Origin: Tubiluchus corallicola
Lineage: Eukaryota; Animalia; Priapulida
Assembly: GCA_030141605.1 (NCBI GenBank)
Contig: JAQGDQ010000839.1
Coordinates: 25,321-89,320, forward strand
DNA: 64,000 bases
Reading direction: 5' to 3'
In this document: positions 1 to 11,508 of the stretch, in pieces
How the letters are laid out: each line of letters opens with the position of its first letter
How positions within the stretch are numbered: position 1 is the first letter of the stretch
Notes under the pieces: model-generated
What the model saw: the letters and a program-made list of their open reading frames with translations, nothing else
Told to the model about the DNA's origin: nothing
Databases searched by the model: none
Made by a program: the position numbers and the translations under genes

Positions 1-72
1 AAACATATACATCTAGATTAGACTAGATGTATATGTTTATTGCGATTTATTTCGCAATAAACATATACATAT
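1..72. repeat. Alternating inverted repeat (A-A'-A) cut by the window edge
   Basis: aaacatatacatctag (1-16) pairs with ctagatgtatatgttt (23-38); atgtatatgtttattgcga pairs with tcgcaataaacatatacat. Confidence 0.75.
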
Positions 73-99
73 ACATTACATGTGCATCGATAATCAGTT

Positions 100-480
100 T
101 TTGTTAATACAAAAATATGATACAATTCATGAATTCTGCGCTAGAGACCTAAGAAGCCAGGTTATGGTAGGCCACTAGTATTAGTTACGAAAAAAATTAC
201 AATATATACAGATACAATATTACAATATATACAAACATAAATACGGGTGGGAAGTAATAAAAATATTATTATACCAGAGGGAAAGTTTTTGAAAATGAAA
301 AACAACAAATCATAATTGAGTGATCAGTTATATTTTTCAAGTAAGTTTAATTTATATTTTTTTAAAGATGGACAGCGAGTTGCATTTTTAATAGCTGGAG
401 CAATTGAATTCCATATGTAAGGGCCATTGAATTTAATAGAAAATTTTCTAACATTAGTGTTATATTTTTCTATTATATTT
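100..480 (-). mobile_element. 5'-truncated CR1/L2-group LINE 3' end (ORF2 C-terminus plus 3' UTR)
   Basis: Minus strand reads EKYNTNVRKFSIKFNGPYIWNSIAPAIKNATRCPSLKKYKLNLLEKYN*, matching the typical G..lWN.lP..IK...S...FK..LK..LL terminus. Confidence 0.65.
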
Positions 481-619
481 TCCGGTTATATTTTCAGGTT
501 GTTTCTCAGGTTTTCACGTTAATGTTTATTCCACAGACTGACTGACTAACTGACTCACTCCTACTACACCGCGGTTTTGATAACATGTATGCTTCCAATG
601 TCCTTCCATTCAACATGAA

Positions 620-760
620 TTCCATGAAACCATGGCATAAAATCTCAACCATGTTGTATGGCAATGCATTACTTAATTATGACCAAAATGTTCCTGTATT
701 TAACTTAGTTCAAAATTTTATTGGTGCTACTAAAAGATTTCCACCTGACTGTTGTGGAGA
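620..760 (+). mobile_element. Degenerate LINE ORF2 C-terminal fragment
   Basis: MLYGNALLNYDQNVPVFNLVQNFIGATKRF resembles LLFGKDEFNYVANCKIFQCIDDFILPTKRF of the LINE family at 57.0-57.5 kb. Confidence 0.4.
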
Positions 761-1482
761 TTGCTGACATCTATTAGAATTACATAGAACATTTTCGAAT
801 GTTCCGTTGGAATGAATGTCTTACCGTCTGGAATGTTCTGGAACATTACTTCTGGAAGCTTCTTGGACGCGCTATATAAGGCGAAGCAGGCCGCTGACAA
901 GGGGGGGGGGGCACGCAGATCTCGCACGGACGTATACTTACACATTCTCTTGTATACTTACATTTTCAGATACACTTAAACGTTTTCCAGATTTTCACGC
1001 TTACTGTAAACATTTCGCGTCCCTTCATACTTTTGTGTTGTAGAATTCTCATTTAATAAACTAGTTTAATTTGACGAAGTGTTTTCTGGTTTTCTCTACG
1101 AGCCTTCCGAGAGAAACAAAACACAACACGGACTGATCATAAGTTCTCTTACCTTTTGCTTCGAGCTATATTCTGTGTTCCTTTGACCTTCCTCCTGATT
1201 TTTTGTTGAGTTAGTTTAGTTTAAAATTATAATTGTAAATAATGCAATGATGCTGTAAATATGTGAGGTCTATTATCAGCTTAATTGCTCTCCGTCAAAG
1301 ATTATCTTCATTTGAAAAATAAAAACATGTTTATAAAAAAAACTGACTCTTACTGACTCAAGCATTTTGACATGCCTTCTGAAATCAGTCCCCAATCCCC
1401 GACTGTCAGTTACATGAGTTTAGTTGCCGAACTTCATATAATCGTTTTTGAATTGGAGCCACCCACTCATTACCATTTGGCC

Positions 1483-2760
1483 AAAAACTGTCCATCATTA
1501 AAAGATACTGTAAGTTATGCAAACCACCTGCTCAAAGTTACAATTAAAAACTGTCCTTCATTTAAAGTTGCTGTAAGTCATCCAAACCACCTGCTCAAAG
1601 TTACCATTAAAAACTGTCCTTCATTAAAAGATACTGCAAGTTATCCAAACCACCTGCTCAAAGTTACCATTAAAAACTGTCCTTCATTAAAAGTTGCTGT
1701 AAGTCATCCAAACCACCTGCTCAAAGTTACCATTAAAAACTGTCCTTCATTAAAAGATACTGTAAGTTATCCAAACCACCTGCTCAAAGTTACCATTAAA
1801 AACTGTCCTTCACTAAAATATACTGTAAGTTAACCAAACAACCTGCTCAAAGTTACCATTAAAAACTGTCCTTCATTAAAAGATACTGTAAGTTATCCAA
1901 ACCACCTGCTCAAAGTTACCATTAAAAACTGTCCTTCATTAAAATATACTGTAAGTTATCCAAACCACCTGCTCAAAGTTACCATTAAAAACTGTCCTTC
2001 ACTAAAATATATTGTAAGTTAACCAAACAACCTGCTCAAAGTTACCATTAAAAACTGTCCTTCACTAAAAGATACTGCACTTTATCCAAACCACCTGCTC
2101 AAAGTTACCATTAAAAACTGTCATTCACTAAAATATACTGTAAGTTAACCAAACAACCTGCTCAAAGTTACCATTAAAAACTGCCCTTCATTAAAAGATA
2201 CTGCACTTTATCCAAACCACCTGCTCAAAGTTACCATTAAAAACTGTCCTTCATTAAAATATACTGTAAGTTAACCAAACAACCTGCTCAAAGTTACCAT
2301 TAAAAACTGTCATTCACTAAAAGATACTGTAAGTTATCAAAACCACCTGCTCAAAGTTATCATTAAAAACTGCCCTTCATTAAAAGATACTGTAAGTTAT
2401 CAAAACCACCTGCTCAAAGTTACCATTAAAAACTGTCCTTCACTAAAAGATACTGTAAGTTATCAAAACCACCTGCTCAAAGTTACCATTAAAAACTGTC
2501 CTTCACTAAAAGATACTGTAAGTTATCAAAACCACCTGCTCAAAGTTACCATTAAAAGCTGCCCTTCATTAACAGATACTGTAAGTTATCCAAACCACCT
2601 GCTCAAAGTTACCATTAAAAACTGCCCTTCATTAAAAGATACTGTAAGTTAACCAAACAACCTGCTCAAAGTTACCATTAAAAACTGTTCTTCACTAAAA
2701 GATACTGTAAGTTATCCAAACCACCTGCTCAAAGTTACCATTAAAAACTGTCCTTCACTA
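1483..2760. repeat. 63-bp minisatellite, about 20 copies, downstream of SLC22 exon 3 (presumed intron)
   Basis: Unit aaaaactgtccttcattaaaagatactgtaagttatccaaaccacctgctcaaagttaccatt; explains the 21-aa periodic ORF 1372-1833. Confidence 0.95.
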
Positions 2761-3129
2761 ATACCACGATACAAAAATTAGTTTCATAATAATAATTAGT
2801 CTGACTAAACTAATTACCATACTGTACTAATTCACTTCCAATGGTGCCATAAGTTACGCAAATCGGGTTGCTCAACTCTTATAAGTTTTTGAGCTGAAAG
2901 TGACTTTCAGTGGCCTCAAACATTTGCTCAAAGTCATCAAATATTCGATCAAAATTTCTCCCTGTCTACATGAATACATTTTGACAGCTCTTCAATAGAT
3001 CTTTGAAAAATATGCACATGTGCCAGAAGTCCAAGGATAAAGCAAACAATAATGACAATAATCATTATAAATTAAAAACATATTGAAAGGTATGTTACCC
3101 TGTATTGAGTAATGGGCAGCCTGACTTAC

Positions 3130-3233
3130 CGATCAGAAAGATCTCCGAAGATTATTGCACCGATTAGCACCCCGGCCATGTAAATAGAAGCAGTCAACGC
3201 ATTTTTATACTCCGAGTCACAAACCAAGTCAAA
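3130..3233 (-). CDS. SLC22A: SLC22 family (organic cation/anion transporter-like, MFS) coding exon 3
   Basis: [35 protein letters not shown] (DLVC motif, TM2, start of MFS motif A); acceptor tttcag, donor gtaagt; 104 nt with phase 0 to 2, matching the conserved SLC22 exon. Confidence 0.93.
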
Positions 3234-3305
3234 CTGAAACAGTAAGATCTTACATGAATGCATATAGCCCAATGTGTGATGCAATAAACAATGAGAGATT
3301 AAATG

Positions 3306-3669
<364 letters not shown>

Positions 3670-3798
3670 GCTTTTAGAACAGCTACGCAAATATCTTGCA
3701 CTTCACAAAATTTGAAAATTAGAATAGAAATTGTGAATTAACATAATTGTAAAAGTGAGGGTAGTTTGCAAAATGAGGCCATGCAATTTCATACTCAC

Positions 3799-4024
3799 AT
3801 CACTGACTACAGTGGAGGAATATTGAGAATCGTCATACACCCACCCTCTGTCACATTTTATCACCCCCGTTGGCTGAGTGTCCCATCCTGGCGCAGAATG
3901 ATTCCAGTCATAGCGTTTACAAGAGTCATACTCGCCAGTCTTACCGTCCAGAGGTATGGCTTCAGAAAAATTGATCCCTGAGTATTGCGGGTGGGTTTCA
4001 TTATCCAACCCAGGTATGAAACAC
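3799..4024 (-). CDS. SLC22A: SLC22 family coding exon 2 (large extracellular loop)
   Basis: (R)CFIPGLDNETHPQYSGINFSEAIPLDGKTGEYDSCKRYDWNHS...KCDRGWVYDDSQYSSTVVSD with SLC22 loop cysteines, C..GW.YD motif and N-glycosylation sequons; acceptor ctacag, donor gtgagt; 226 nt, phase 2 to 0. Confidence 0.92.
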
Positions 4025-4368
4025 CTGTAGAAACAAGTTCTGATTACGAAATCTGGCAAGTTCACGTCAGTGACCCTCTCTAAATCACGTCTCAAGATTT
4101 CTCAAGATCTAGTTGGCCCTACTTTTATTTTTCAATTCGATTCAGTTCAAATTTTTATTTCGGTAACTAAGACCATATAAAACACCAACTACAGTGCCTA
4201 AAATGAAATAAAATACAATGAAACAAAAATTGCAAGAGTAAATGCATATACAGGGTTAGTAATTTAGTATCAATTTTAGAGGCTAATTATGTAATAATTC
4301 GTTCGATTTCACAAAAAAGTAAGATTTGGCAAGTCTATGTATGTTAATAATAGCAGTCATAATACTAT

Positions 4369-4799
4369 AGTGTATAATACCACACTGTATCTCGACACTA
4401 GGCGGAGGAGCTGCACAAGCAGCCAACAGCTAGAGGGCGGAGGAGGTCAAGTGACCCAACGGCCATGTGTAGAGGAGTAAACCTTCCAAATCTGGGGTGG
4501 AGCCCTGAAGGCGGACCAGTGCAGCATGCTCAGTGACTCCGGCAGCTCCTGCAGCCAACTTGGTGCCAAACGTATCGCTCCGTTTTCCTTTGGACTACAC
4601 CAGGGAGGAAGAGAGGGGGTTCCTGTTGTCTGGGCAACTCAGGATCTCCATACACCTTGCCCAGGCGTGCGCCCTGGAGACGTTCAAGGATCGTACTGCT
4701 CAGCCACAGTCGACGCTGCAGCTCCATCAATGTGATCAATAACTGACTCTCTTGGCGCACACTCCATTGTCGTCCGAGACAGAAGGATGCCAACCAACT
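4369..4799 (+). mobile_element. Short bipartite RTE-derived retroposon (5' UTR-like part plus RTE 3' end)
   Basis: GC-rich island flanked by direct repeat ATAATACTAT (4359-4368, 4800-4809); the 3' part reads SRIVLLSHSRRCS and ends cgagacagaaggatgccaac, as in RTE ORF termini. Confidence 0.65.
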
Positions 4800-5164
4800 A
4801 TAATACTATTGCCAATGTGCAGTAATAACCTATTGTAAACGCTATAACATGATCTTCTGCGATTATGACTAAAATTTGGTAGAGATTTCTTTACATACAA
4901 TGCCAGAAGCACTGCAATCGTACTTTAAGCGAAGCAGTCTTCTGATACCATTGTTGTATGCAATACGCAGTCCTATTTATCACACCATTAATATAATAAG
5001 TTGACAAAGACATACAGTAAACGCTGCGGAAGTAGCTCCGGAAGTAGCTCTTAAATAACGTGATTTTAACATCTTTTGAACAAATTTTCTTATTAAAGAG
5101 TTAATCGATATATAAAAAAGACTAGTCTGGTTTGAATGTCATAGTTGTTGCTTAGATTAGTGCA

Positions 5165-5360
5165 TATATATATTATATGTAATCTTTATTTGCCATAAAA
5201 AATCGATATTCATAACTATAAAAGCATAAAAGAACATCGCAGCATGAGAATAAAATTCACACAACTGTTAAAGGCAAATGCGTCCAGTGCAAACTAAAAA
5301 CTACTGTGCCAAAAATTTAAAACAAAAATATACATTATAATATTACACGGAAATTATAGC
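5165..5360 (-). mobile_element. LINE 3' UTR fragment (same family as 41.2-41.6 kb)
   Basis: Near-identical to 41217-41395 over about 170 bp; abuts a (TA)n tail. Confidence 0.8.
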
Positions 5361-5654
5361 AAGATATAATTTCTTATGCATTATAAGATTACACGGAAAA
5401 TATGAGGAAGATATTTCTCATGAACAGTCTTTGATGTCTGAAGACTGTTTTAGTGTCTGTTTGTCTCCCAGAACTGTTCTAGGAGTAATCTCCTCCTGTA
5501 AACAGTCTAACAAAGTTCAATCGCTCGCAGAAACCATTGACTCTGACCGTTGATGATTAACTGATAGCGTGGGTCTATATCTCAGGTAATAACTCAAATC
5601 ACATACTCTCACCGACTTTGATAATATTATAGCATCAACTCATTGTTTTATTTT

Positions 5655-7310
5655 AACATTGACATTTATTATAGTGACCTTGACCTTTGAGGTTTTACAC
5701 AGAGGTGTGTTCAAGTCGCATGGGAGGAATTTCACGGGGAACAGTTGAACTAATCATTTCACTTTGTCTAATGGTGATGATATTAGCGCTAGTTACCCCT
5801 GTCTTAGCTTTCACTGTGACCTTTGAATGACCTCTCCCTGCTTTACTTTGACATTAACTTTCATTATAGTGACCTTGAACTTTAGGGTTTTACGCAGAGG
5901 TGTGTTAAAGTCGCATGGGAGCAGTCGAATTAAACGTTTCACTTTGTCTAGTAACGATGATATTAGCGGCACTTACTCGTGTCTTAGCTTTCACTGTGAC
6001 CTGTGAATGACCTCTGCCTGCTTTATTTTGACATTAACTTTCATAATAGTGACCTTGAACTTTAGGGTATTACGCAGAGGCGCGTTCAAGTCGCATGGGA
6101 GCAGTCGAATTAAACGTTTCACTTTGTCTAGTAACGATGATATTAGCGGCACTTACTCCTGCCTTAGCTTTCACTGTGACCTTTGAATGACCTCTCCCTG
6201 CTTTATTTTGACATTAACTTTCATTATAGTGACCTTGAACTTTAGGGTTGACCTTAGGGGTTTTACGCAGAGGTGCGTTCAAGTCGCATGGGAGCAGTCG
6301 AATTAAACATCTTACTTTGTCTAATAGTGATGATATTAGAGCAACTTACTCCTGCCTTAGCTTTCACTGTGACCTGTGAATGACCTCTCCCTGCTTTATT
6401 TTGACATTAACTTTCATTATAGTGACCTTGGCCTTTAGGGTATTACACAGAGGCGCGTTCAAGTCGCATGGGAGCAGTCGAATTAAACGTTTCACTTTGT
6501 CTAGTAACGATGATATTAGCGGCACTTACTCCTGCCTTAGCTTTCACTGTGACCTGTGAGTGACCTCTGCCTGCTTTATTTTGACATTAACTTTCATTAT
6601 AGTGATCTTGAACTTTAGGGTATTACGCAGAGGCGCGTTCAAGTCGCATGGGAGCAGTCGAATTAAACGTTTCACTTTGTCTAGTAACGATGATATTAGC
6701 GGCACTTACTCGTGTCTTAGCTTTCACTGTGACCTGTGAATGACCTCTCCCTGCTTTATTTTGACATTAACTTTCATTATAGTGACCTTGGCCTTTAGGG
6801 TATTACACAGAGGCGCGTTCAAGTCGCATGGGAGCAATCGAATTAAACGTTTCACTTTGTCTAGTAACGATGATATTAGCGGCACTTACTCCTGCCTTAG
6901 CTTTCACTGTGACCTGTGAGTGACCTCTGCCTGCTTTATTTTGACATTAACTTTCATTATAGTGATCTTGAACTTTAGGGTATTACGCAGAGGCGCGTTC
7001 AAGTCGCATGGGAGCAGTCGAATTAAACGTTTCACTTTGTCTAGTAACGATGATATTAGCGGCACTTACTCGTGTCTTAGCTTTCACTGTGACCTGTGAA
7101 TGACCTCTGCTTGCTTTATTTTGACATTAACTTTCATTATAGTGACCTTGAACTTTAGGGTTGACCTTTGGGGTTTTACGCAGAGGTGTGTTCAAGTCGC
7201 ATGGGAGCAGTCGAATTAAACATCTTACTTTGTCTAATAGTGATGATATTAGAGCAACTTACTCCTGCCTTAGCTATCACTATGACCTGTGAATGACCTG
7301 TGACCTAAGA
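5655..7310. repeat. 180-bp satellite-like tandem array, about 9 copies
   Basis: Unit recurs at 180-bp spacing (e.g. tttaggg at 5881, 6061, 6241); rich in TGACCT; local 360-bp dimer structure. Confidence 0.95.
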
Positions 7311-7626
7311 CCAAGAAAGTATTTATCCTCGTATTTTAATTATAGTAAAAAATAACCAAAAAAGCTTCGTGTCAAAGTTCAAATTTGGAGATTTTTGAGC
7401 GTTTGGCGTTTTGACGTTTCAAAAATTCAAATTTAAAATTTCATTCACTTTATTTTACGCTTATATGCTTTTGTACTTTTATACTACAATGTTTTACAAT
7501 TGTAAAACTAATAAAACTAATAATAACTAACTTAAGACGGTGTTAATATAAAAAACTGCCAACTTTTATTGATGCTTAGAATTTAAACTTTATACAGAGG
7601 ACGTTTTTGTTCTCAGACAAACATAC

Positions 7627-7698
7627 GCATCTGTGATATAACGGTTAATGTAACTGCCCGGGAAGCAGAAGATCTGAGTTCGAGTCTCAGCGAAGGTG
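7627..7698 (+). pseudogene. tRNA-like sequence (tRNA pseudogene or SINE head)
   Basis: A-box-like tgatataacgg, anticodon-like stem ctgc-ccgggaa-gcag, B-box gagttcgagtctc; the acceptor stem pairs poorly. Confidence 0.5.
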
Positions 7699-7837
7699 GA
7701 AATATTTTCCAGAATTTGTAATTTAACACTACTTTTGTGCGCTTGGTGGATTAAAAAAACTAAAAGTTAAGAGTTTTATTTCGACGGAGCTTCTGATAAC
7801 ATAAATAATTTACCTGTGAATAGTTTAAACATAATTT

Positions 7838-7898
7838 ATTTAGGATTTGATCAGACAGTTTGAACAACATGATTTAGGATCCTCACCACAACAGACTA

Positions 7899-7937
<39 letters not shown>

Positions 7938-8875
7938 CTCTCTCTCTATTATAGGATTTGATCAGACAGTTTGTACAACATGATTTAGGATCCTCACCAC
8001 AACAGACTACTACACACACACACACTCTCTCTCTCTCTATTATAGGATTTGATCAGACAGTTTGAACAACATGATTTAGGATCCTCACCACAACAGACTA
8101 CTACACACACACACACACACTCTCTCTCTCTCTCTATTATAGGATTTGATCAGACAGTTTGTACAACATGATTTAGGATCCTCACCACATCAGACTACTA
8201 CACACACACACACACACTCTCTCTCTCTCTCTCTCTCTCTCTATTATAGGATTTGATCAGACAGTTTGTACAACATGATTTAGGATCCTCACCACAACAG
8301 ACTACTACACACACACACACACACTCTCTCTCTATTATAGGATTTGATCAGACAGTTTGAACAACATGATTTAGGATCCTCACCACAACAGACTACTACA
8401 CACACACACACACACACTCTCTCTCTCTATTATAGGATTTGATCAGACAGTTTGTACAACATGATTTAGGATCCTCACCACATCAGACTACTACACACAC
8501 ACGCACACACACACACTCTCTCTCTCTCTATTATAGGATTTGATCAGACAGTTTGTACAACATGATTTAGGATCCTCACCACAACAGACTACTACTACAC
8601 ACACACACACACTCTCTCTCTCTCTCTATTATAGGATTTGATCAGACAGTTTGTACAACATGATTTAGGATCCTCACCACAACAGACTACTACACACACA
8701 CACACACACTCTCTCTCTCTATTATAGGATTTGATCAGACAGTTTGTACAACATGATTTAGGATCCTCACCACAACAGACTACTACTACACACACACACA
8801 CACTCTCTCTCTCTATTATAGGATTGGATCAGACAGTTTGTACAACATGATTTAGGATCCTCACCACATCAGACT
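7838..8875 (-). repeat. Tandem array of about 11 LINE-3'-end units separated by variable (CA)n(CT)n tracts
   Basis: Constant unit taggatttgatcagacagtttgtacaacatgatttaggatcctcaccacaacagact matches the 3' terminus of the LINE copies at 42.7 kb and 57.5 kb. Confidence 0.92.
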
Positions 8876-9392
8876 TTATACACTATTTACAAGAACATTT
8901 ACAGTAAGAATAGCCTATACTTAGTTTTTAGTATACTTTAGTATACTAAAGTTTTACTACAGTGATACATTAGAAATTAGTAGAAAATGACGGTTAGTAA
9001 ATATTAATGTACGAATATTTAAGAATGATGCATTTTATATCAGATAGAAACTTTAGGATCCTCACCACAACAGACTTTATACACTATTTACAAAAACATG
9101 TACAGTAAGAATAGACTATAACTACACAAGCTGACAAGTTTTACTACAAGATTACATTAGACATTAGTAGAAAATGATGGTTAGAAAATATTAATGTACG
9201 ATTATTTAAGAATGATGCATTTTATATCAGATAGAAACTACTGGAAGCGTTTAGTACATAATATAAAGTCATGTATACATTGGAATATTTTACAGTTAGT
9301 AACATAGTTAAATTCATCTTTACCGAATAATAACAACTTCAACAGATCATTATTTCCTAAGACAGCTATATTAAGGTTTTCAGGCAGAAGTA
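8875..9392 (-). mobile_element. 5'-truncated CR1-group LINE 3' region (two 3' UTR variants in tandem)
   Basis: High identity to 42757-43100 and to the reverse complement of 57110-57450; encodes a ...LLLFGKDEFNYV..CKIFQC..DFI..TKRFQ* terminus. Confidence 0.85.
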
Positions 9393-9403
9393 CCCTTGTT
9401 TAC

Positions 9404-9549
9404 CTGTGTTTAGGAGTAGCGCCCAGAAAGACGTAGATTAAGTTATGCATTCCTACCCATATTGCTGGCCCTTGTAGGACGAAATACACGTATTTCTGAT
9501 ATTTTCCAAAATCACCCAAATATTTTACAGCTGCATCGATATTAACCAT
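9404..9549 (-). CDS. SLC22A: SLC22 family coding exon 1 (N-terminus, TM1)
   Basis: ATG at 9549; MVNIDAAVKYLGDFGKYQKYVYFVLQGPAIWVGMHNLIYVFLGATPKH(R), with the classic G.FG.YQ motif; donor gtaaac; 146 nt, phase 2 joins exon 2 in frame (HRC). Too short for the ORF track. Confidence 0.9.
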
Positions 9550-10434
9550 AATGATTGATTTTACTGTCAGCTTGTCTTTGATAATTCCATAATCACTCCA
9601 CCGTTAGTTAAAAACCGAGCCGCAAATGTCAGTGAAACCGATTGTCCTACGTCACAAACTCGCCTGATCATGGTATGCGGGCCAAAATGTTAAATGTTCT
9701 CCCTCCTTTTAAGACAATTGCTAGGGCCACTTCACACAGTTATACCTGTCACATAAAGATGTAGGCTAACACGGTTAAATATTAGCATTACTAAGACTTG
9801 AGCTAACGTTTACTTATAGATATGATACGTGTTGAACCTCTGAGCTAGGGCAATAACTAGTGCTTAGTTTTCTTAGGCGGTTCCATGTTTAAGGCGTGCT
9901 GTAACGCATCTTAAGATAGTTTATTCGCAAGGAGCAACAGTTGTAGATGCGAAACGCAAAACGTGGGGAAAGAAACGTGCGCTGTTAAGATTAAGTGGAA
10001 CGGATACTTGTTCCTGTAAAACAATCCAGGAAGTTCGGATAATTTACTAAACTAAAATATTTCTTCCATAATTCACATATTTACATACATATATATATAT
10101 ATATATATATACATGTTTGTTTTTTGTATTTTGTGGTTTTCGCACTATATTTTAATGATAGGATTTTTGCATATAAACTCAACTGAATTGAATAGCTGTC
10201 GACCTGGACGACATTTTTAAAATAAAATAACTGAATTTAATGCAACGTTATTGATGCAAAGACTGCTTCAAAAATATGGGCTGCTTTTTTGGTCCTCCCC
10301 GTAACGCCGTACTTACTATGACCCGCGTGACTCGAGAAGTGATGATAAGAGGACGAATTCTGTCGTACTTTGAAACCACAGTCCACATTTGTCTGATCTT
10401 AGACATACACAGCAGTATGAAACAGATCGGGGGG

Positions 10435-11508
10435 GGGGGGCGGGGCGTATATACTGTGTTTTACATTACAAAGACTTAGGGTTGCCACCACTCCTGATCT
10501 GGCCTTGAGTCTCCTGGGGGATGGGGGGGCGTATAAACTGTGTTTTACATTACAACTTAGACTTAGGGTTGCCACCACTCCTGATCTGTTCTTGAGTCTC
10601 CTGGGGGATGGGGGGGGGCGTATATACTGTGTTTTACATTACAACTTAGACTTAGGGTTGCCACCACTCCTGATCTGTTCTTGAGTCTCCTGGGGGAGGG
10701 GGGGGGGCGTATAAACTGTGTTTTACATTACAACTTAGACTTAGGGTTGCCACCACTCCTGATCTGGCCTTGAGTCTCCTGGGGGAGGGGGGACCGGGGC
10801 GTATATACTGTGTTTTACATTACAACTTAGACTTAGGGTTGCCACCACTCCTGATCTGTTCTTGAGTCTCCTGGGGGATGGGGGGGGGGCGTATAAACTG
10901 TGTTTTACATTACAACTTAGACTTAGGGTTGCCACCACTCCTGATCTGGCCTTGAGTCTCCTGGGGGAGTTGGGACCGGGGCGTATATACTGTGTTTTAC
11001 ATTACAACTTAGACTTAGGGTTGCCACCACTCCTGATCTGTTCTTGAGTCTCCTGGGGGATGGGGGGGGGGCGTATAAACTGTGTTTTACATTACAACTT
11101 AGACTTAGGGTTGCCACCACTCCTGATCTGGCCTTGAGTCTCCTGGGGGAGTTGGGACCGGGGCGTATATACTGTGTTTTACATTACAACTTAGACTTAG
11201 GGTTGCCACCACTCCTGATCTGTTCTTGAGTCTCCTGGGGGATGGGGGGGGGGCGTATAAACTGTGTTTTACATTACAACTTAGACTTAGGGTTGCCACC
11301 ACTCCTGATCTGGCCTTGAGTCTCCTGGGGGAGTTGGGACCGGGGCGTATATACTGTGTTTTACATTACAACTTAGACTTAGGGTTGCCACCACTCCTGA
11401 TCTGTTCTTGAGTCTCCTGGGGGATGGGGGGGGGCGTATAAACTGTGTTTTACATTACAACTTAGACTTAGGGTTGCCACCACTCTGATCTGGCCTTGAG
11501 TCTCCTGA
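10435..11508. repeat. About 90-bp minisatellite (12 copies, 182-bp dimer period) made of host flank plus the left transposon end
   Basis: Unit G-run-cgtat.actgtgttttacattacaacttagact|tagggttgccaccactcctgatctg..cttgagtctcctg. Confidence 0.93.

Noticed and set aside
1372-1833. 153-aa ORF with 21-aa repeats
   Set aside because: Read-through of a 63-bp minisatellite; later units contain stops; antisense to SLC22.
7838-8875. CRISPR-like repeat-spacer appearance
   Set aside because: Eukaryotic context, no cas genes, repeats of about 60 bp that match a LINE 3' end, and spacers that are only (CA)n(CT)n microsatellite.
10477-11480. TTAGGG occurrences as interstitial telomeric repeats
   Set aside because: Single hexamers formed at the TSD/TIR junction, not tandem telomeric arrays.
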